From: an uncultured Gammaproteobacteria bacterium
Lineage (GTDB): Bacteria; Cyanobacteriota; Vampirovibrionia; Gastranaerophilales; Gastranaerophilaceae
DNA: 64,000 nt
Assembly (NCBI GenBank): GCA_964467625.1
Contig: CAYXRM010000001.1
Span: 516,986-580,985, forward strand
Direction of reading: 5' to 3'
In this document: in pieces, positions 26,098 through 36,164 of the stretch
Layout: the number at the start of each line of letters is the position of its first letter
Numbering within the stretch: the stretch's first letter is position 1
Notes under the pieces: model-generated
The model's database searches: none
Told to the model about the DNA's origin: nothing
What the model saw: the letters and a program-made list of their open reading frames with translations, nothing else
Translations under genes and position numbers: made by a program

Positions 26098-27021
26098 TTA
26101 TTCCTTTTCTAAACCAAGTGCACCGAGCATTTTAAGGTCATCTTGAATGTCGTTGCCAACTGTTGTTAAATAGTTCCCTACAATAATTCCGTTAATGCCC
26201 GCCATAAGCCCGAGCTTTTGCATTTTTTTAGAAAACCTTGTCATTCTGCCGCCTGCGTATCTTAAATATACATCGGGAAGAATTATTCTAAAAATACATA
26301 TTGTTTTTAAAATTTCAACTTCATCAATTTTGTCTTCATAATTTTCAAGAGGGGTGCCTTTTATTGGGTCTAAAAAGTTAATTGGTACTGATTTTGGCTT
26401 TAATTTTTTCAAAGCCAGCGCCATATTAATTCTGTCTTCTCTATTTTCGCCCATTCCGATGATGACACCTGTACAATTGTCTAAGCCAACTTTTTCTGCA
26501 AGTTCAATGGTTTTAATTCTGTCTTCAAAGGTGTGAGTTGTGCATATTTTTGAGTAATAATCTTTACTTGTGTTTATGTTGTGGTTGTATCTGCTGCAAC
26601 CGGCTTCTTTAATTTGACGCATTTGACCTTCATCTAAAAGACCAAGACAAGCGCAACATTTAAGACCTTCTATAGCAGAAACGGTTCTTATCATTTCAAG
26701 TACGGCTTCAAAATCTTTACCTGAAAGTTTTCTGCCTGAAGTTACAATTGCAAATCTTGTGGCGCCGTTTTCTTTGGCTGAAAGCGCTGCTCTTTTAACT
26801 TCTTCAAGTGATAACATCGGGTGGACTTCAATTTGCGCATGGTTGTGCGCACTTTGGGAACAATATTTGCAGTCTTCAGAGCATGCCCCTGTTTTTGCGC
26901 TTATGATTGAGCAAAATTCTACTTTTCTTTTGAAATTTTTTCTGGTTACTTTGTACGCAGCCTCTACAAGTTCCTCTACGGGTTTGTCGTAAAGTTCCAA
27001 ATACTCATTAATATTTTTCAT
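26098..27021 (-). CDS. bioB: Biotin synthase
   Basis: 307 aa. Radical SAM CSEDCKYCSQS, then ATRFAIVTSGR, YNHNINT and GVIIGMGE. Confidence 0.9.
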   Translation of the reverse strand: MKNINEYLELYDKPVEELVEAAYKVTRKNFKRKVEFCSIISAKTGACSEDCKYCSQSAHNHAQIEVHPMLSLEEVKRAALSAKENGATRFAIVTSGRKLSGKDFEAVLEMIRTVSAIEGLKCCACLGLLDEGQMRQIKEAGCSRYNHNINTSKDYYSKICTTHTFEDRIKTIELAEKVGLDNCTGVIIGMGENREDRINMALALKKLKPKSVPINFLDPIKGTPLENYEDKIDEVEILKTICIFRIILPDVYLRYAGGRMTRFSKKMQKLGLMAGINGIIVGNYLTTVGNDIQDDLKMLGALGLEKE

Positions 27022-27077
27022 AGCTAGTCCCTTTGGAATAAAATTCCGTTATAAATAAAGTTTAGCATAAAAACAAT

Positions 27078-28730
27078 TTAGTTTCTTTTAAATATTATAT
27101 ATTTAGTTTCTTTTCCACTTTCGGTTTTGTATATGGGAGTGTAGTTGGATAAAATATAGGCGCAAATGTTGTATCCATAGGTTCTGCAGATTTCACCTTT
27201 TCTGTAACTTTCCGATGTTAGATTTGAAAGAATGATATAGTCGATTTTGTTTTTATCAAAACTTTCGATGATTTTATTTTCCCCAAAACCCTCTGTATAT
27301 AATGGAATTAGCGAATTGTACATATCGTTTGTTTTTGTTTCTTTTGATGATAAAAAGTTCAACATTAACCCTTCAGGATATATCATAACGCTAGGGGTTT
27401 GCGCTTTAATATTGTTTATGTAATTTATAACCTCATTTGTCGGGGCGGATGTATCTTTTAGTGTATAAATTTGACCTTTTTGGCTTTGTAGTTTCCCTTT
27501 TATTGTTTGTAAAATGTCAAAATTGTTTATTCCAATGCCTATTGCCATAGATAAAACTAAAATTGAAATAGAGAGCGTAATTTTTTTTGAAAAGCTATTT
27601 GAGCATAATATAAAAAATGAAATTAAAATAAACGGTATAAAGTAAAGTCCGTAATTGACGTGGGACAAGCCCCAAAAAGATTTTGCGCCTGATAAAATGG
27701 AACTTATAATAAAAACATTTTGAGCGAAGGTATTTTTTTTAAATGTAAAAACAAAAAATAATGCGGTAAAAAATGTTAAAAAGAGATATGAGTCTTCTTG
27801 GACGTTACAAATGGCAAAGTTGGCGCCAAAAAGGACAAAAAAGCTTCCTAAAATTTTAAAGATAACTTTTTCTTTTGAAAAAATTGAAACTCCAAGGACA
27901 ATGAAGGAAAGATAAATTAAAAGAAATAAAATTTCAAAAAACCATTCGCCCCAAACCCTGTCTGTGTAATAAACTCCTTGAGTTACATAAAATGTCTTAA
28001 GGGCACTTGTGAAAGTAAAAGCTTTTATAGTTTGAAGGGAAGAAATTATATCTTGAACTTGAAGTCCCTGAATAAAAAGGATAATGAACGGCAGGCAAAA
28101 GCCAAAAACAAGAGCAGATAAACTTTTCAGTATAATTTTTGGAGATTTTGTTTTTAAAATAATAAAAATTACAGGGATTATATAAAAAATAAAATCATAT
28201 TTATTAGAAATGGCAAAGCCTGCAAAAAGAGCAGAGAGTAAAAGTGGGGCTTGCTTTTTATTTTCAACATGGCAGATGAGAAAGTATACAGAAATTAAAA
28301 AGCAGCAAAGTCCGTATAAAACGGCGTATGAATAAGGAAGGGTATAGTTAAAAATTCTTACTGTAAGGCAGCCTGTTAAAATTACAAAACTTGTAATTGA
28401 AAAAGAATAAAATTCCGGCAAAAATTTTCTTGAAATTTTATATGTGAAAAATATATTAATAAGCGTGGTTAAAATTCCCATAAAATAAAGGGAAGCTAGT
28501 TTTATTCCTAAAATTTTATACGCAAGAGCGTTTAAAAGATATGAAAACGGGCCGTATATGCAAAAAATGTCTTTATATAAAACCTTGCCCTCTAAAATAA
28601 TTTTGGGGTAATAGACTTCTCTGCCAACATCAATTAATATGTTTGCATAATGTCCGACAGATGCCATAAGGCAGCATAGAGTGAAAAACAGTAAAAAGAT
28701 AAGCGTTTTATTATTTTTAATAAGTTCCAT
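27078..28730 (-). CDS. Polytopic membrane protein, GT-C-type glycosyltransferase family, paralogue 2
   Basis: 550 aa, homologous along its length to the 687-2342 protein (IDVGREVYYPKIILEGKVLYKDIFCIYGPFSYLLNA vs YDTGREFLVPDLINNKNVLIKDIFISYFPLSYQINA). Confidence 0.5.
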   Translation of the reverse strand: MELIKNNKTLIFLLFFTLCCLMASVGHYANILIDVGREVYYPKIILEGKVLYKDIFCIYGPFSYLLNALAYKILGIKLASLYFMGILTTLINIFFTYKISRKFLPEFYSFSITSFVILTGCLTVRIFNYTLPYSYAVLYGLCCFLISVYFLICHVENKKQAPLLLSALFAGFAISNKYDFIFYIIPVIFIILKTKSPKIILKSLSALVFGFCLPFIILFIQGLQVQDIISSLQTIKAFTFTSALKTFYVTQGVYYTDRVWGEWFFEILFLLIYLSFIVLGVSIFSKEKVIFKILGSFFVLFGANFAICNVQEDSYLFLTFFTALFFVFTFKKNTFAQNVFIISSILSGAKSFWGLSHVNYGLYFIPFILISFFILCSNSFSKKITLSISILVLSMAIGIGINNFDILQTIKGKLQSQKGQIYTLKDTSAPTNEVINYINNIKAQTPSVMIYPEGLMLNFLSSKETKTNDMYNSLIPLYTEGFGENKIIESFDKNKIDYIILSNLTSESYRKGEICRTYGYNICAYILSNYTPIYKTESGKETKYIIFKRN

Positions 28731-28787
28731 TTTATAAAACTAACATAAAAATATGTACAATGTGAATAAAATTTATAAATATTCAAA

Positions 28788-29279
28788 TTAATTATTTTTG
28801 GCGGGGAAAACAAAATATTTTAAAATTAAAAATGAGAGCATTGCAACGGGAAATACAAGAAGGGCTTGGGATAAATATTTGTCCACATTTAATTGCCCAA
28901 CAAGAACATCAAGTGCCCATCTGTTAATAAAAAATGTTGTAAGATAACAAAGAACAAACCTTACAATAAGTGTGTTGTCTTTGTTTTTAAAAACAATTCT
29001 TCCCGTGGTTTGAAAGTTAAATAAAATCCCAATTATGTAAGACAAGCCCAGAGAATACAAGGGACGGTTTGTGAAGGTTACAAAAAGTGCGTACACCGCA
29101 TAAGAAAATACTGTGTTCATAAACCCCACAAACAGGTATTTTACAAACTTTCTTTCAAAATGACTGAAAATTCCAAAACAAAAATCTTTATATATCCAAT
29201 TAAAAATAATAGAAAGCACGGAGCGAACTTTTTTGTACTCCGCACTTTCTATTATTGAATTTTCCAGTTTTTTAATCAT
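28788..29279 (-). CDS. GtrA family membrane protein
   Basis: 163 aa with 4 TM helices. KYLFVGFMNTVFSYAVYALFV is the GtrA-like N-terminal motif. It starts 4 nt after the rplA stop. Confidence 0.6.
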   Translation of the reverse strand: MIKKLENSIIESAEYKKVRSVLSIIFNWIYKDFCFGIFSHFERKFVKYLFVGFMNTVFSYAVYALFVTFTNRPLYSLGLSYIIGILFNFQTTGRIVFKNKDNTLIVRFVLCYLTTFFINRWALDVLVGQLNVDKYLSQALLVFPVAMLSFLILKYFVFPAKNN

Positions 29280-29283
29280 TCAA

Positions 29284-30009
29284 TTAGTCGATATATTCTT
29301 TAATTTCAGCAGCAATGTTTTTAGGATCTAATTTGATGCCAGGGCCCATTGTGGTTGAAAGGTAAGCTGATTTAATATATGTACCTTTTGCACTTTGGGG
29401 TTTTGCTTTAATAACAGCATCTGCAAGTGTTGAATAGTTTTTCATTAAATCTTCTTTTGAAAATTTAATTTTGCCCAAAGGCACGTGAATCATACCTTGC
29501 TTGTCTGCTCTGAATTCAACTTTACCTGCTTTAGCGTCTTTTACTGCTTTTGCAACATCAGGTGTAACTGTGCCTGTTTTTGGGTTTGGCATTAAGCCTT
29601 TTGGCCCTAAAATACGACCTAATTTACCCAAAGGAGCCATCATATCAGGTGTTGCGATTAATGTATCAAACTCAAACCAACCGTTTTGAATTTTTTCGAT
29701 AATATCTTCAGCACCAGCTTCATCAGCACCTGCTTCTTTTGCAAGAGCAGCTTTGTCAGCTTTTGCGATAACGCAAACTCTAACTGTTTTGCCTAAGCCT
29801 GCCGGAAGAACGGTTGTGCTTCTAACTTGTTGGTCAGCATGCTTTACTTCAATACCTAATCTCATGTGGCATTCAACGGTTTCGTCAAATTTTGAAGTTT
29901 CACCTGCTACTTTTTGAAGCATTTCTATTGCAGAAGATGCTGTTGCAGGTTGCACAAAGCCTTCCATAAGTTCTTGTATTTTCTTTTGTTTTTTAGTTAA
30001 TTTTGACAT
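29284..30009 (-). CDS. rplA: 50S ribosomal protein L1
   Basis: An upstream in-frame ATG at 30042 exists. ATG 30009 follows GGAG and gives [11 protein letters not shown]1 motifs: [42 protein letters not shown]. Confidence 0.9.
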   Translation of the reverse strand: MSKLTKKQKKIQELMEGFVQPATASSAIEMLQKVAGETSKFDETVECHMRLGIEVKHADQQVRSTTVLPAGLGKTVRVCVIAKADKAALAKEAGADEAGAEDIIEKIQNGWFEFDTLIATPDMMAPLGKLGRILGPKGLMPNPKTGTVTPDVAKAVKDAKAGKVEFRADKQGMIHVPLGKIKFSKEDLMKNYSTLADAVIKAKPQSAKGTYIKSAYLSTTMGPGIKLDPKNIAAEIKEYID

Positions 30010-30063
30010 TATTTTCTCCAATTCTTGCGGTCTTAACGACATTTAATAAATGTCTCCCGACGA

Positions 30064-30498
30064 TTATTCTTCTACTGTAACGCCCATAGCTCTTGCAGAA
30101 CCTGCAATCATTTTAACTGCAGCTTCCATAGAGGTTGCGTTGAGGTCTTCCATTTTTGTTTTTGCAATTTCTTCTAATTGCGCACGTGTGATTTTTCCGA
30201 CCTTTGTTTTGTTAGGTACAGCAGAACCTTTGGATAAGTTGATTGCTTTTTTAATTAAAACAGCTGCCGGAGGTGATTTTGTAACGAATGTGAAGCTTCT
30301 GTCTTCATATACGTCAATTACAACAGGAATGATATAACCTGCCATTGAAGCGGTTTTTTCATTGAACTGTTTGCAAAAATCCATGATATTTACACCTTTT
30401 TGTCCTAATGCAGGACCAACAGGCGGTGAAGGATTGGCTTTCCCTGCTTCAATTTGAAGCTTGATTTTTCCTGTAACTTTTTTGTTTGATGGTGCCAT
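30064..30498 (-). CDS. rplK: 50S ribosomal protein L11
   Basis: The track start 30522 is TTG. ATG 30498 follows AAGGAA and gives [39 protein letters not shown], the canonical L11 N-terminus. Confidence 0.9.
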   Translation of the reverse strand: MAPSNKKVTGKIKLQIEAGKANPSPPVGPALGQKGVNIMDFCKQFNEKTASMAGYIIPVVIDVYEDRSFTFVTKSPPAAVLIKKAINLSKGSAVPNKTKVGKITRAQLEEIAKTKMEDLNATSMEAAVKMIAGSARAMGVTVEE

Positions 30499-30565
30499 TT
30501 TTGTTTTCCTTTCTGTGGTCAAACGGGTATGGACTTACCCTTCCACTAACTATTTTGATTTATAA

Positions 30566-31180
30566 TTAAACTTTTTGAATTTGTTTGTATTCAAGCTCAA
30601 CGGGGGTTTCACGTCCGAAGATTGAAACCATTGCTCTTAATTTTGATTTATCAGGATAAACTTCTGCAATATCTCCAATAAATTCTGCAAAAGGCCCTGA
30701 AATAATTCTAACTTTGTCGCCCACTTTAACATCCAATTCGATTTTTTGAACGGTTGAGCCACCTCTGTGGATGATTTTTTTGATTTCAGAATCACGTGCA
30801 GGGATTGGTTTTTTGGAAGAACCTACAAATTTTGTAACTCCTGCCGTGTGGCGAACAACATACCAAGAATCGTCATCCATAATCATTTCAACAAGAACGT
30901 ATCCGGGGAAGATTTTTTCTTCTTTTTCGGATTTTTTGCCGCCTTTAACTTGTGTTATGGTTTTTTGAGGAACTTCAACTCTGAAGATTTTTTCACCCAT
31001 GTTCATATATTCGATACGTTTTTCAAGGTTAACTTTTACCTTGTTTTCGTGTCCTGAATATGTGTGAACAACATACCATCTTTTCTTTTGACTTTTGTCT
31101 TTAATTTCAGATGTTTCTTTTTTAAGAACTACATCTTCTTGAGTGTTTTCTTCCTGAATGTTATTTTCTTCGTTCGCCAT
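30566..31180 (-). CDS. nusG: Transcription termination/antitermination factor NusG
   Basis: 204 aa. RWYVVHTYSGHENKV (NGN domain), FPGYVLVEM, KOW motif GDKVRIISGPFAEFIG. Confidence 0.9.
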   Translation of the reverse strand: MANEENNIQEENTQEDVVLKKETSEIKDKSQKKRWYVVHTYSGHENKVKVNLEKRIEYMNMGEKIFRVEVPQKTITQVKGGKKSEKEEKIFPGYVLVEMIMDDDSWYVVRHTAGVTKFVGSSKKPIPARDSEIKKIIHRGGSTVQKIELDVKVGDKVRIISGPFAEFIGDIAEVYPDKSKLRAMVSIFGRETPVELEYKQIQKV

Positions 31181-31204
31181 AATTATACCTTTTTATTTCC
31201 GTTT

Positions 31205-31426
31205 TTATTTAATTAATCCCAGAAGGCCTTTGAAAATGATGTCTAAAAGGTAAACAGCAATGGTAAAAACACTAACCACGAAAACGACAATGCCTGTTTC
31301 TGCAATAATTTGGTTTTTTTCAGGCCAAGTAATTTTTCCCCATTCAGATTTAACCCCTTTAAAATAATTGACTAAACCTTCTTTGAAGGAAGCTTTTTCT
31401 TGAGTTTTTGTTTTTGTGTTTGCCAT
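31205..31426 (-). CDS. secE: Preprotein translocase subunit SecE
   Basis: 73 aa with a single C-terminal TM helix. EWGKITWPEKNQ resembles the SecE E..KV.WP motif. Lies in the conserved position between tRNA-Trp and nusG. Confidence 0.8.
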   Translation of the reverse strand: MANTKTKTQEKASFKEGLVNYFKGVKSEWGKITWPEKNQIIAETGIVVFVVSVFTIAVYLLDIIFKGLLGLIK

Positions 31427-31449
31427 TTTGTTCCCTTACTCTTTAAATT

Positions 31450-31522
31450 CGCGCCCTGAAGGACTCGAACCCTCGACATCCGGTTTTGGAGACCGACGTT
31501 CTACCAACTGAACTAAGGACGC
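31450..31522 (-). tRNA. trnW: tRNA-Trp (anticodon CCA)
   Basis: The minus strand reads GCGTCCTTAGTTCAGTTGGTAGAACGTCGGTCTCCAAAACCGGATGTCGAGGGTTCGAGTCCTTCAGGGCGCG. It folds by hand into a cloverleaf with a 7-bp acceptor stem, anticodon loop CTCCAAA and T-loop TTCGAGT. The 3' CCA is not encoded. Confidence 0.9.
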
Positions 31523-31695
31523 ACATGCCCTAAATGCGGGCAATTGTTATTAAATTTTCAAGGTGTTCCGTTGTGCTTTTTAGCTGAAGTTGATAAGAAT
31601 GCACCTTTTTGAATTTGTCTATTCCTTGTCAGCTTGTCAGCATTTTGAAATTTCTCTCGGTTCTGAACAATTTCAGTACAAAACTTTGGAAATTC

Positions 31696-31863
31696 TTATT
31701 TTGTTTCTTTGTGAACAGTGTGAGCGTTGCACCTTGGACAGAATTTTTTAAGTTCCATTCTTTCTTTTAAAGTTTTTTTATTTTTTGTGGTTGTGTAGTT
31801 TCTTTCTTTGCAATCTTCGCAAGCAAGAACAACCATTCTGTCATTTTTACCTTTGATACCCAT
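31696..31863 (-). CDS. rpmG: 50S ribosomal protein L33
   Basis: 55 aa, below the ORF-track cutoff: [55 protein letters not shown]. It has the CxxC...CxxC zinc ribbon and the RNY..TKN motif. AGGAG RBS upstream. Confidence 0.85.
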   Translation of the reverse strand: MGIKGKNDRMVVLACEDCKERNYTTTKNKKTLKERMELKKFCPRCNAHTVHKETK

Positions 31864-31893
31864 TGTGAGTTCTCCTATGTTGTCTTGGCAATT

Positions 31894-31919
31894 AAAAATG
31901 CCCCTTGAAGGACATTTTT
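31894..31919 (-). terminator. Possible terminator after the glycoside hydrolase-like gene
   Basis: The minus strand AAAATGTCCTTCAAGGGGCATTTTTAATT forms an imperfect hairpin followed by a T-run, about 110 nt after the stop at 32027. Confidence 0.3.
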
Positions 31920-32026
31920 AATCATTTTATATTTATATAATAATTTTATCAGGAACAATTTTTTTGTAAAGCTTTTTGAGTCCTTGAAAACTGTTCGCTG
32001 TTTAAAAACTTTACGTTAATTTTGGT

Positions 32027-34306
32027 TTAATTTTCAAAACCGTATATTTTAAATTCCGCAGGTTCAAGTTTGTTCATTGTAATTTCATCTTCTATCACTT
32101 CGCCCAAGGGTTTTTCCGTTAAAACACATTTTTGAAGTTCATCGTATGAAAAATCAAAATAAGATTTTAATTTTCTTCCTTTAAAATGAACTGTGGAATT
32201 ATAGATTGGTTCTCCATAAACAACTTCTGTCCAAGTTGCGCCTTCTTCATTGTTAAATTGCATCTTTTCTGTTGGGTTTTTATAATTTACAATAACAAGA
32301 ATTGAGCCGAAGGCGGAATTAATTTCCCAAGCGCAAAAACCGTTTTCGTTTTCTTCAAGAAGTTTTGCTTTTCCTGAGGCTAAAATTTTGGAATTTTGTG
32401 CAAAATAGTTAATTGCATTGAATTTTTCATAGAAATTCCAATTTTTGTTTCTTATCATGGATGTTTCTTCACCTATAATGCGTTCAATTCCGCCTTGGGT
32501 AAAGCTTTCATCCCCGTCTGCATATAAAGTGGGTCTGTTTGCAAATTGTCCACCAACAATGAATTTAAATTTCAGCCATTTAAAAAGTGCGCCCCCCTCG
32601 CCCAATTGCGCAGGGTACCTGTCGATTGCTTCAAATTCGCCGTCTTGGTTGTTGTATGTTTTTAAAATTGAAAGTGTGGCAGGCTTGCCGAACCTTGCGT
32701 TATATTCTTCAAGAGATTTGTTATCTTGAAGAATTTGTTTTGGTGTTTTTGAAGATTGGGAGATAATATCATTTCCCCACAAAAGGTCAAAATTCATATC
32801 TTTGTGATATTCCTTGTAATAGTTATCCCAAAGCATATATTCAGCCAGCGTTGCAAAATAGGGTACATTTTTTTTCAAATTTGAATTAACCTTGCCAAGC
32901 ACTTTTCTTGGAATTCTATAGCTTATTGGAACACCGTTTTGCTCTGAAAGTTCGTCTGTTATATGGTCAATATGATCCACCCTAAAGCCGTCAAAATTAT
33001 ATTCCTTTTGAAGGTTTTCTGTGTAATTGACATAGAAATCTATAACTTTTTCGTTATATTTGCCATTTTCAAGGTAGACAAAGTAATAAGGAGTTTGGCA
33101 GTCAAGGTTTGCAAATTTTGTGACATCCTCTCCTTTAAAATCGTAATGTTTATAGAGGGGATATTCTTTTGTTTCGTTCATTTTGTCAAAAACGGGAACT
33201 GAAGCAGAGCACCAAGCCCCGCCACACAGTGGCCAAAGACCTTCTGAAGTTAACCTTTTTATAATATCTGTGCGGTTTATTATGTCTTCTTCGGTGGTAA
33301 CTTTTTTGCCGTTAACTTCTTCTATAATTTGAACAACTCTTTTTGTTAATTCTTCTTGCTTTTGTTTTTTTGTCATTATGTTGTTCAGATTAATTTTTAT
33401 ATCTTTCATATAAAGTTCGCTTTTGGCTAAAATTTCCTTTTCTTCTTCGGTGTAGGTTATTTTTGCGCCGTACAGCTCTTGTATATATTTTTCTTCAAAA
33501 GAATTAATATTACTGTTGTTGAATTTGCCTGAAAGTCTGATATCATCTGCAATTTTTTTGATTGCGCATATGTATTCTTCGGTTAATTCTTTAATATCTC
33601 CCCACCTTGCAATATAGGGGTTAGCTAAAACAATTTTAGAAAATCTGCCTGTTTGAGGAAGAATATCGTAAATAACGGGATGACCCGCAAGTTGAGCAAG
33701 TGCTATAAACATTTTAACCTGTTCTTTGGCATTTAGCCCTAAGAATTTTTTAATTTTTTCATCTTCCAAATTTGGTGAAATTTCAGATGAAGTTGGAAGG
33801 TAAGCACATCCGAATTCTCTTGGATGAAAAGGTAAAAGATAGATTGTATCAGGCAAAATGTTTAGCATTTTGTTCCCGACAGGAAGGATAATTAATTGTG
33901 CAATCCATTGAATAAAGCTTCCGCAAGAATTGCTTGAATTGCCGTCCCCAAGGGCAGCTAAGGAAATAAGTTTAATGTTGTGGTTTTCTTTTTTAAACCA
34001 GTTAGAATTTTTGATTTTTTTTCTGCTCAAGGGTGAGGGGTTATTAAAACTTACGATTTTTGAATTTTTATATGTGTTTTCGTTTTCTAAAATTTTAATT
34101 AAACAAAAAATAATTTCCCCGCTTGAAAGTTCCTCTAACACTTTGTAATGAGGGTATGGAAGATAACCGTATTTTTCTATTGTTTTAGACAAATATTCTT
34201 TTCTGTCTTCTGTGACATCACAAATGCCGTAAATTTGTGCAATTTTTGCAAAATTTTCCTCTAAATTAAGGGAATTAAAAGCCTTTTTTTGTAATAAATT
34301 AAACAT
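32027..34306 (-). CDS. Alpha-amylase superfamily (GH13-like) protein
   Basis: 759 aa. FDGFRVDHIDHI resembles GH13 conserved region II (GFRxDxxxH). The rest is not assignable by eye. Confidence 0.45.
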   Translation of the reverse strand: MFNLLQKKAFNSLNLEENFAKIAQIYGICDVTEDRKEYLSKTIEKYGYLPYPHYKVLEELSSGEIIFCLIKILENENTYKNSKIVSFNNPSPLSRKKIKNSNWFKKENHNIKLISLAALGDGNSSNSCGSFIQWIAQLIILPVGNKMLNILPDTIYLLPFHPREFGCAYLPTSSEISPNLEDEKIKKFLGLNAKEQVKMFIALAQLAGHPVIYDILPQTGRFSKIVLANPYIARWGDIKELTEEYICAIKKIADDIRLSGKFNNSNINSFEEKYIQELYGAKITYTEEEKEILAKSELYMKDIKINLNNIMTKKQKQEELTKRVVQIIEEVNGKKVTTEEDIINRTDIIKRLTSEGLWPLCGGAWCSASVPVFDKMNETKEYPLYKHYDFKGEDVTKFANLDCQTPYYFVYLENGKYNEKVIDFYVNYTENLQKEYNFDGFRVDHIDHITDELSEQNGVPISYRIPRKVLGKVNSNLKKNVPYFATLAEYMLWDNYYKEYHKDMNFDLLWGNDIISQSSKTPKQILQDNKSLEEYNARFGKPATLSILKTYNNQDGEFEAIDRYPAQLGEGGALFKWLKFKFIVGGQFANRPTLYADGDESFTQGGIERIIGEETSMIRNKNWNFYEKFNAINYFAQNSKILASGKAKLLEENENGFCAWEINSAFGSILVIVNYKNPTEKMQFNNEEGATWTEVVYGEPIYNSTVHFKGRKLKSYFDFSYDELQKCVLTEKPLGEVIEDEITMNKLEPAEFKIYGFEN

Positions 34307-34408
34307 CTTATCTCCTGAACTAAATTAAAAACGGGGTAAACTAAATTTCCATCAATCAAATGGTAGCATGGAAAATTTTCAATATGTATAAAAGGTTAAA
34401 AAATATGA

Positions 34409-34436
34409 AGGACAGTTTTTAAACTGTCCCTTTTTG
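34409..34436 (-). terminator. Rho-independent terminator after the lipoprotein gene
   Basis: GGACAGTTT (34410-34418) and AAACTGTCC (34421-34429) are perfectly complementary arms, flanked by T/A runs on both sides. It sits immediately after the stop at 34437. Confidence 0.45.
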
Positions 34437-34844
34437 TTAATATCTAAAATCTTTGATTTCCTGTCTGTAGTGTTCTTCGATTTTTTCTTTTTGAAGTTTG
34501 AGTGTATTTATATCAGCTTGAATAAGGCTTGTTTTTGCCTTTTTTTGAGAGGCGGTTAAATTTTTATCCATTAAAATTTTAATTATTTGTGCTTCTTTTT
34601 CTGATATTTTGCTATTAATTGGGGCAAGTTCGTTGTTTTTCTTTGCTTTAATGTGATCAACCGCACTTTGAAGGGTTTTGATATCGCTGTCTGAGGGGGG
34701 CGCTTGAATGGTAGTTATACTTTTTGCGTCTTTTTGAAATTTATCTACAGCAGAGCCAAAGCTGCCTTGAATGTCTGTCATAATGTCATTTGTGCAGCCT
34801 GTCAGCATAAAAGAAAAAATAAGTATAAAAGTTATTTTTTTCAT
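34437..34844 (-). CDS. Lipoprotein, function unknown
   Basis: The track start 34853 is GTG. ATG 34844 follows AAGGGTG and gives MKKITFILIFSFMLTGC with an LTGC lipobox. Confidence 0.5.
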   Translation of the reverse strand: MKKITFILIFSFMLTGCTNDIMTDIQGSFGSAVDKFQKDAKSITTIQAPPSDSDIKTLQSAVDHIKAKKNNELAPINSKISEKEAQIIKILMDKNLTASQKKAKTSLIQADINTLKLQKEKIEEHYRQEIKDFRY

Positions 34845-34862
34845 TTTTAACACCCTTTTTGT

Positions 34863-35441
34863 TTATCTTCTTTGTGAATTTTTTATGTATTTTGCTTCAT
34901 TTTCTTCATTTAAGTTGCGAAGCTCGGTTATATATTGCTGCCCGTTTTTAACCACCTGAAACAGACTGTTTAAATCTTGTTCCAATTTGGATAAAATTTG
35001 TTGGGCATAAGCTTGTGCGCCGTCTTTCATTTTAAGGGCATCTTCGTTTGAAGCAATTCTTATTCCTTCAGCTTCTCCAAAAGCTTTCATTTTTATATTT
35101 TCGCACTCTTGAATAACCTTTTCTCTAAAAGCTTTTGCCTGTTCTTCCATTTCACGTCTTAAGGATGATTCATCAAGAATTCTTCTTCTTTCGTTTTCTG
35201 CATCTTGAATAATGCGTTCAGCCTTAATTTTAGCTTCTTGAATGAGTTCTTCTTTGTTTCTTAAAATGCGTCTTGCAATTTTTATGCTCTCATCGATTGC
35301 TTCGGGAAAAGAATCCACAATTCTTGCCAATTCTTTGCTTTTTACAATCATCAGGTGATTTGGGATTATGTGGAACCCCTCTTCGTACAAATCATCAAGT
35401 TTTTGATGTAGTGCGTATAATTCTAATCCTTCTTCTGCCAT
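34863..35441 (-). CDS. Coiled-coil protein, function unknown
   Basis: 192 aa, rich in E/K/R/A heptads (EAKIKAERIIQDAENERRRILDE...). No family recognised with confidence. Confidence 0.4.
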   Translation of the reverse strand: MAEEGLELYALHQKLDDLYEEGFHIIPNHLMIVKSKELARIVDSFPEAIDESIKIARRILRNKEELIQEAKIKAERIIQDAENERRRILDESSLRREMEEQAKAFREKVIQECENIKMKAFGEAEGIRIASNEDALKMKDGAQAYAQQILSKLEQDLNSLFQVVKNGQQYITELRNLNEENEAKYIKNSQRR

Positions 35442-35448
35442 TTTGATT

Positions 35449-35949
35449 TCATACCTTTCTTATACTTGTTTTTTTAAAATATTCTACCACACTGTCAGGA
35501 ACAAATTTTGAAATATCTTCCCCAAAAGAGGCTAATTCTTTCACAATTCCTGAAGATATAAAGTTATATTTTGGCTTTGTGATTAAAAACACTGTGCCAA
35601 TGTCAGGTGCAATAGACATGTTTGCTTGAGATAATTGCATTTCGTATTCAAAATCTGAAACGGCACGCAGTCCCCTGATTAAGAATTTTGCACCAGTTTT
35701 TCTTGCATAATCAACAGTTAAGCCTTCAAAGTGGTCAACCTCTGCATTTTTGATGTCGGAAATTGATTGTTTTATAAGCTCAACTCTGTCATCTACGGGT
35801 AAAAAAGATTTTTTGTTGCTGTTTTTTAAAACCGCAATAATAACTTTGTCAAACATTTTGCAGGCTCTCTCCAGAATGTCAATGTGCCCTTTTGTAACAG
35901 GGTCAAAGCTTCCGGGGTATATTGCAATTTTTTCTTTTTTGTAAGTCAT
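35449..35949 (-). CDS. coaD: Phosphopantetheine adenylyltransferase
   Basis: 166 aa. IAIYPGSFDPVTKGHIDI (the HxGH-type nucleotidyltransferase motif) and LIRGLRAVSDFEYE. Confidence 0.9.
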   Translation of the reverse strand: MTYKKEKIAIYPGSFDPVTKGHIDILERACKMFDKVIIAVLKNSNKKSFLPVDDRVELIKQSISDIKNAEVDHFEGLTVDYARKTGAKFLIRGLRAVSDFEYEMQLSQANMSIAPDIGTVFLITKPKYNFISSGIVKELASFGEDISKFVPDSVVEYFKKTSIRKV

Positions 35950-36164
35950 CTTTACCTCAAATTAATTATAGTATTAAAATTTTTTCTTTGCCCATATTTT
36001 GAATGAAAGCCCCCCTTTTTTGTTAATTTTTTGTTACATAATTTGAAGGATTTTTGTGACTGAATTTCAAAAATCATTAATTTAGATGATATTAAAGGGA
36101 ATTAAATGAAGTTAAATACTCTAAAAGACGATAATGTCTTTTGTGGGGAAAAGGTTAACAAAAA

